A DNA stretch of 64,000 nt from Alphaproteobacteria bacterium (lineage in GTDB: Bacteria > Pseudomonadota > Alphaproteobacteria > UBA828), in assembly GCA_965221125.1 (NCBI GenBank), contig CBDCRW010000007.1:224001-288000 (forward strand). Reading direction: 5' to 3'. Shown piece after piece: positions 59,357 through 64,000 of this stretch (positions are counted from its first letter, which is position 1; each line of letters opens with the position of its first letter). The notes beneath the pieces are model-generated. The model worked only from the letters and a program-made list of their open reading frames with translations, had not been told where the DNA came from and searched no databases. Position numbers and translations under genes: made by a program.

Positions 59357-59733
59357 GGAAGTATAGCTAAGGGCTCACCGCGACAGTTGATCTTATGTAT
59401 CCAATACTATAGTTTCAGTCCCGCAACATCAATCAAGCTCGCTTTACTAGGACGTGTACTCACTAACGTGGCAGCTGCTTGAATGCATGAGGTTTTCATC
59501 AGCTGGTCGGTTGAGACACATTTGGGAAAATCATTGTTTGAACAGAACTTTCTGCAGTAACGAGTACAGAACCTTAGGTTGCCCGCTGAATACGACAGCC
59601 TTTACCCGGTGCTAGGTAGCTCCCCACGCTTGGCGATTAAGTGGATCTTTTGCTATTCCTGAGTGACACTGCAACACGGCCCGCGCCGACGATCTCAACT
59701 AACATGGAAGTGATGAAGAATGCATACCCGTAA

Positions 59734-60348
59734 GTGCCCACAATGAAGTTTCCAAGAACGGACAATGTCTTGCCCGCACGCCGCACGGCCACGAACAACG
59801 CCAGTTACTACCAAGACCTACATGAGACGTCCGAAGGATACCAGAATAATAACTGGCTTGTTGGAGAAAGACTCCTTCTGGAAATGACTTGTGGGAGGAC
59901 TGTCATCGAGATCGGTTGCGGAAACGGGCGGTTTTTGAGGGAAGCGTCCAAGATCGCCAGGAGTGTCCACGGCATCGATTGGGCGATCAGCTCATGTATG
60001 GACGGGTTACCTCCGAATGTAACTTTCTCCCAGGCGGATTTGTTGTCAGAACCGATCCCGAAAGCAGATGTTCTTTGCTCAGGCGACGTGCTGGAGCACT
60101 TCCCCGAGGACGTACTGGATGCGCTAATCGAAAAAATATTGCTTGCGGCACCCCTTCAATATCACGTCATTGCGTGCTTTGACGACAACCACAGCCATTT
60201 GACGATCAAGAAGCCGGATTGGTGGTTGCGCAGGTTCCAGGAGATCGGAAACCGGAAATTCCATTGCGAGTCGCGTTACAGAAAACGCAAACGCATTTTC
60301 GGACGCAATCGGCAAATTGCAATAGTCTACTCGCCAGGGGTGATTTAA
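59734..60348 (+). CDS. Class I SAM-dependent methyltransferase (low-GC cargo)
   Basis: VIEIGCGNGRF, HGIDW, DVLEHFP, HLTIKKPDWW. Confidence 0.8.
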   Translation: MPTMKFPRTDNVLPARRTATNNASYYQDLHETSEGYQNNNWLVGERLLLEMTCGRTVIEIGCGNGRFLREASKIARSVHGIDWAISSCMDGLPPNVTFSQADLLSEPIPKADVLCSGDVLEHFPEDVLDALIEKILLAAPLQYHVIACFDDNHSHLTIKKPDWWLRRFQEIGNRKFHCESRYRKRKRIFGRNRQIAIVYSPGVI

Positions 60349-60726
60349 CGAACGTGCAGCGCTTGTATTCTTGGATGGTCAAGAAATTGGTCCCGATTAT
60401 CTGATGGGCGTTGGTGGGAACACTTCCATCCACATGAGAGGACTGGCTCAATCGAATTATTGCGATCTTACCTCCCTTACAGACCGGGCGTAATCTACAT
60501 GTCTCGCATGAGGTTCGGCAGTTATGGGAATTTCGGCTGTGGCTCTCTTTCGGGCGACATAGTCTCCGCATTGAAACCGAGGATCGCCAGGTCGATCTCT
60601 TTCGGCAAAGCATCTGTCAGCGATAGTGCTACACCCTACGTGCTCTTCGATCCCGTAATAATCGCTCTCCTAAATTGGTTGTTCTTCCTTGCTCAATTAT
60701 TCTATTTTTCTGAGAACATGGAACCC

Positions 60727-61269
60727 TTACTTGACTCTGATGATGAAAATTACTTCATGGTACGGTGGCACTAGGTCAATCTCTTGGCCTGGAATCGTCC
60801 CTTCCGAAATCAGAGGGTGCCACTGGTTGCTTCCCCAGCCTTGATTACGTTCCGGTCCGCCAACAGGGTGCCGTGTGACCGGGTCATTCACCCACCCAGT
60901 ACCGTAGACTTGGATGCTCAGGTTCTCAATGACATGAGACAGTCGACCTCCCGTAGTCTCGACATCAGGGTGTTCACCTCTCAAAAAGCGACCTCTCAAA
61001 TCAGGAGTGCCATTGGTACCATCGCATACCGCCCAGCCTTCTGGCAGTTCTCCTGATTCTGCTGTCCGATGCCAAGCAACTATCGTCCCTAAAGGGAGTA
61101 GTCTAGTTATGTGTGCAGGGACAGCTTTCTGCATTGCAGCATCTATTTTGGCGTCAATCTCTTCACCGATACCGTGCGCTCGACTCTCAACAGTAATCCC
61201 CCAGCCGACAATACCGGCGATGATGGTGCCCAAGACGACCATCTCCGTGAGGCTAAGATTGAAACGCAT
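60727..61269 (-). CDS. Membrane-anchored protein with phage tail-collar-like domain
   Basis: N-terminal TM; LPLGTIVAW..LPEGWAVCDGTNGTPDLRGRFLRG; C-terminal PPYHEVIFIIRVK. Confidence 0.75.
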   Translation of the reverse strand: MRFNLSLTEMVVLGTIIAGIVGWGITVESRAHGIGEEIDAKIDAAMQKAVPAHITRLLPLGTIVAWHRTAESGELPEGWAVCDGTNGTPDLRGRFLRGEHPDVETTGGRLSHVIENLSIQVYGTGWVNDPVTRHPVGGPERNQGWGSNQWHPLISEGTIPGQEIDLVPPYHEVIFIIRVK

Positions 61270-61537
61270 AACTTATCTCCTTTATTACGTAGGTAGGTTG
61301 AAGTAGGACGGAGGCGTTTTTCTGCTCAGCACAGTTGCATCAACCTCCACAAGGCCATAATCGCCGGGTTCACCACTTCTCGCAAGCCTGTGGTCCGCGG
61401 TATGTGCGTTGTGGCGTTTTTTGACAGCACGACGCTGATCTTTGGCGGCCGGATATCGACTGCCCGACCTCCACCGGGTGAGCAGAATGCAGCGCTTTGA
61501 CGCGAGAATGGGACATTACGGGAACATGATGACACAG

Positions 61538-62312
61538 ACGGCGAAGCACACGCAGATGGCGTCGCTTCACACGCGCCGGCGCAAGGAGGACAAGGGTCTC
61601 GCGGACTTGGTGCCGGAATGGCGCGAACGGGCGCGGGCACTGGGGCTGGTCCGGGAGAAGACGGCCCTCGCGCCGTCCCGGCCGCTCGACCCGGTGATTG
61701 GGCGAGCGGGTGACTGTGCCGCGTGTGCCCGCGCCCCGACCTGCCGGCCAACGAGATCCGCAGCCTGAAGCGCGCGCCGGCGCTGCCGAGGCTGCCTCGT
61801 GACGACGTTGCCGCGTTGGCGGGGGTGAACCCCACGCACCCTCGCTCTCCGGCGCCGGCGGAGCTGTCGCAGGAGCGCGCGCAAGGCGTCCTGGAGGCGG
61901 TGGCGCGTGCGGTGACGCACGTTGCGGAGAGGCGCACCGCGATCCCGGAGGCCGAGATCAGGGCGGTGGCGCTGGGCCATGCGCCGGGGCGCTACACCCT
62001 GGCCCAGGTCGACGCGGCGATCGCACGGCTGGTGTCCGGCGGCGAGCTGATCGAGGCGGAACGCCGAGGCATGGACCGGGCCTTCGTCACCGACCGGGCG
62101 GTGAAGGCCGAACGCCAGGTGCTGGCGTCGATGCGGGCAGGACGGGGCAAGGGAGCGGCGCTTGCCGGCGCGGATGCCGTCGAGGCGCGGCTCGGGGCGT
62201 CGCGTCTCACGCAGGGCAAGAGGGAGGCGGTCCGCACGGTGCTGCTGTCGAACGATCTCACGGTCGGCGTGCAGGGCCATGCAGGCAGCGGAAAGACCAC
62301 CATGCTGAGGGA
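61538..62312 (+). pseudogene. Frameshifted internal fragment of the relaxase (paralogous to 55268-56049)
   Basis: Very similar sequence from acggcgaagcacacgcagatgg to catgctgaggga; indels near 61700-61735; lacks the HUH N-terminus and most of the helicase. Confidence 0.9.
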
Positions 62313-62355
62313 CCGTGCATGCTCATTCCCTTGGCGGTTGCGCCATAAAGTTGAA

Positions 62356-63381
62356 TCTGCTTATCCGTGACACTCCGTCAGAAGGAGCGTATGTTCTCAG
62401 TATGTTCCTTAGGCGGAGGTCACGCATATGGCGTTCAAGGTGGCATCGCGCGTGCGCGGGATGAGCGACGAGGCCTTTCGCAAGGCCTTCGGCAGAGAGG
62501 AGCAGTGCCGCGCGGCGCTGGTCCGGCAGCGCTGGCCCGACGGCTTCGTCTGTCCCGCTTGCGGCCATCGCGGGCATTGTGAGCTGGCGGGCCGGGGGCT
62601 CTATCAGTGCAACCGCTGCAAGAGGCAGACCTCGCCCACGGCGGGCACCATCTTCCATTCGACCAAGCTGCCGCTGACACTGTGGTTCGCGGCCATCCAC
62701 CTGATCGTGACGGCGAAGAACGGCGTCTCGTCGGTGGAACTCGGCCGGCGGCTGGGGGTGAAGCAGCCGACGGCCTGGGCCATGAAGCACAAGATCATGG
62801 CGGTGATGGCCCGGCGCGAGGGCGAGACGCGGCTCTCGGGACGGGTGGAGATGGACGACGCCTATCTCGGCGGCAGGCGTTCCGGTGGCAAGCGGGGCCG
62901 GGGTGCAGCCGGCAAGACGCCCTTCGTCGCCGCAGTCTCGACCGGCCCCGAGGGGCGCCCGCGCAAGCTGAAGCTGTCGCCGGTCAGAGGCTTCCGCAAG
63001 CGCGAGATCGCGCGCGGCGCACCGCGCTGGCTGGCGCCCGGATCGGAGGTCGTGACAGACGGCCTCGGCTGCTGGAACGCGTTCGACGAGGGTGCTTACA
63101 GCCATCGGGCGATCCGCACCGGCGCAGGCCCCAAGGCGGCTCGCGTGACCGCGTTCAAATGGGTCAACACAACGCTGGGCAACATCAAGAGCGCGATCAC
63201 AGGGACCTACCGCAAGATCGGCCCCGACCATGCCGAGCGCTACCTCGCCAGCTTCGCCTGGCGCTACAACCGGCGCTATCAACTCCAGACCATGATCCCG
63301 CGATTCGTCCATAGCGCCGCACGAACCGACCCGATGCCCTATCAGATCCTCGTCGCAGGATGAGGATCAGGGATAAGCAGG
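62356..63381 (+). mobile_element. IS1595 family insertion sequence, 8-bp target duplication AAGTTGAA
   Basis: Ends TCTGCTTATCC / rc CCTGCTTATCC; AAGTTGAA at 62348-62355 and 63382-63389. Confidence 0.92.
62428..63363 (+). CDS. IS1595 family transposase
   Basis: RWPDGFVCPACG..YQCNRC Zn ribbon; GTIFHSTKLPL; VEMDDAYLGG; VVTDG; WVNTTLGNIK; RYLASF.WRYNRR. Confidence 0.95.
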   Translation: MAFKVASRVRGMSDEAFRKAFGREEQCRAALVRQRWPDGFVCPACGHRGHCELAGRGLYQCNRCKRQTSPTAGTIFHSTKLPLTLWFAAIHLIVTAKNGVSSVELGRRLGVKQPTAWAMKHKIMAVMARREGETRLSGRVEMDDAYLGGRRSGGKRGRGAAGKTPFVAAVSTGPEGRPRKLKLSPVRGFRKREIARGAPRWLAPGSEVVTDGLGCWNAFDEGAYSHRAIRTGAGPKAARVTAFKWVNTTLGNIKSAITGTYRKIGPDHAERYLASFAWRYNRRYQLQTMIPRFVHSAARTDPMPYQILVAG

Positions 63382-63661
63382 AAGTTGAATGCCCGCGTCA
63401 CGGCTCAGGTTCGTGGCGATGATCCTGACCAAGAACACCGCCGCTGTAGTGACTCCATGATCTCTCACGGCTCGCCGTTATCGCACCGTCCCGCCTCTCG
63501 AATCGTGCAGGCCGGGGCGCGCCTGGCAGCGTCCAGTCACGATAGACTTGTCAGGCGGCGAGCAGGCCGAGCGAAACCGATGGAGAGAGGCGCACCATTT
63601 CTCCGTCGACACTCCCACGGTAGAATTCGATGGGTGGTTGTCAGGGAAAGGACGAAGGGAC

Positions 63662-64000
63662 ATGCATTGTGCCCGGAACGCTCTGCTTGTTTTGACTCTG
63701 CTTGCTGCATCGTGGACCCTCACCACTCCGCTTGACGCGCGAGACCTGCAAGTTGTCGAGGCAGACCCTCCATCCGAAGTGGTACAGGAGGCCCAGGCCT
63801 TGCTGACGGCGCTGGGCTACGAGCCCGGTTCGACCGAAGACGGCTCCTGGAACGAACGCCTTTCGACAGCCTATCTCGCTTTCCTTCGCGACGTCGCTTT
63901 TCCGCCATCGAAGGTGCTTACGCCGCTGGGTCTACGCCGTCTTCGCGAGGTGGCTCAGTCTGAGGGCGTGGCAGGCGCCTGGGCATCCAATGAGACAGTA
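63662..64000 (+). CDS. Secreted protein with peptidoglycan-binding-like domain (runs off window end; absent from ORF track)
   Basis: Manual translation MHCARNALLVLTLLAASWTLTTPLDA (signal-like)..VQEAQALLTALGYEPGSTEDGSWNERLSTAYLAFLRD; GAAGGGA RBS upstream. Confidence 0.65.
   Translation, partial: MHCARNALLVLTLLAASWTLTTPLDARDLQVVEADPPSEVVQEAQALLTALGYEPGSTEDGSWNERLSTAYLAFLRDVAFPPSKVLTPLGLRRLREVAQSEGVAGAWASNETV

Larger units (their letters stand above)
45829..64000. mobile_element. Mobilisable genomic island / integrated plasmid-like region (right end outside window)
   Basis: Abrupt drop in GC at about 45,830; RHH genes, MOB_F relaxase, three transposable elements, low-GC cargo. Confidence 0.7.

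Noticed and set aside
60206-60774. ORFs 60206-60613 (-) and 60460-60774 (+)
   Set aside because: No recognisable motifs or RBS, and they overlap better-supported genes; probably non-coding or decayed.

Overview
High-GC bacterial DNA; gene content and a rhizobial-type palindromic repeat suggest an Alphaproteobacterium (inference). Bases 1-45,700 are mostly ordinary chromosomal genes: fhs, icd, korAB, a sugar ABC transporter, tesA/ybbAP, thpR, a split transketolase, bolA, degP/Q and tcuA. They also include a toluene-monooxygenase-like tmoABCD cluster that has no beta subunit or reductase gene, and a putative HicA/HicB-like pair. From about 45,830 to the end lies a nested mobile island. Its backbone is a MOB_F mobilisation module (three tandem RHH genes and a 1,619-aa TrwC-like relaxase-helicase). 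The backbone is split by (i) a ~4.55 kb element encoding a Zn-finger protein, a Mu/IS481-like DDE transposase, an ExeA-type AAA ATPase and a RepA-like (AAA_25) helicase, with branched GNA-triloop hairpins at both ends, and (ii) an IS256 with an 8-bp target duplication and a DnaA-box hairpin. After the relaxase come low-GC cargo genes, a duplicated relaxase fragment, an IS1595 with an 8-bp target duplication, and a secreted protein that runs off the window end. The best candidate for an undescribed system is the four-gene transposon with its own helicase and structured ends. All assignments come from motif recognition only; no searches or folding programs were run.
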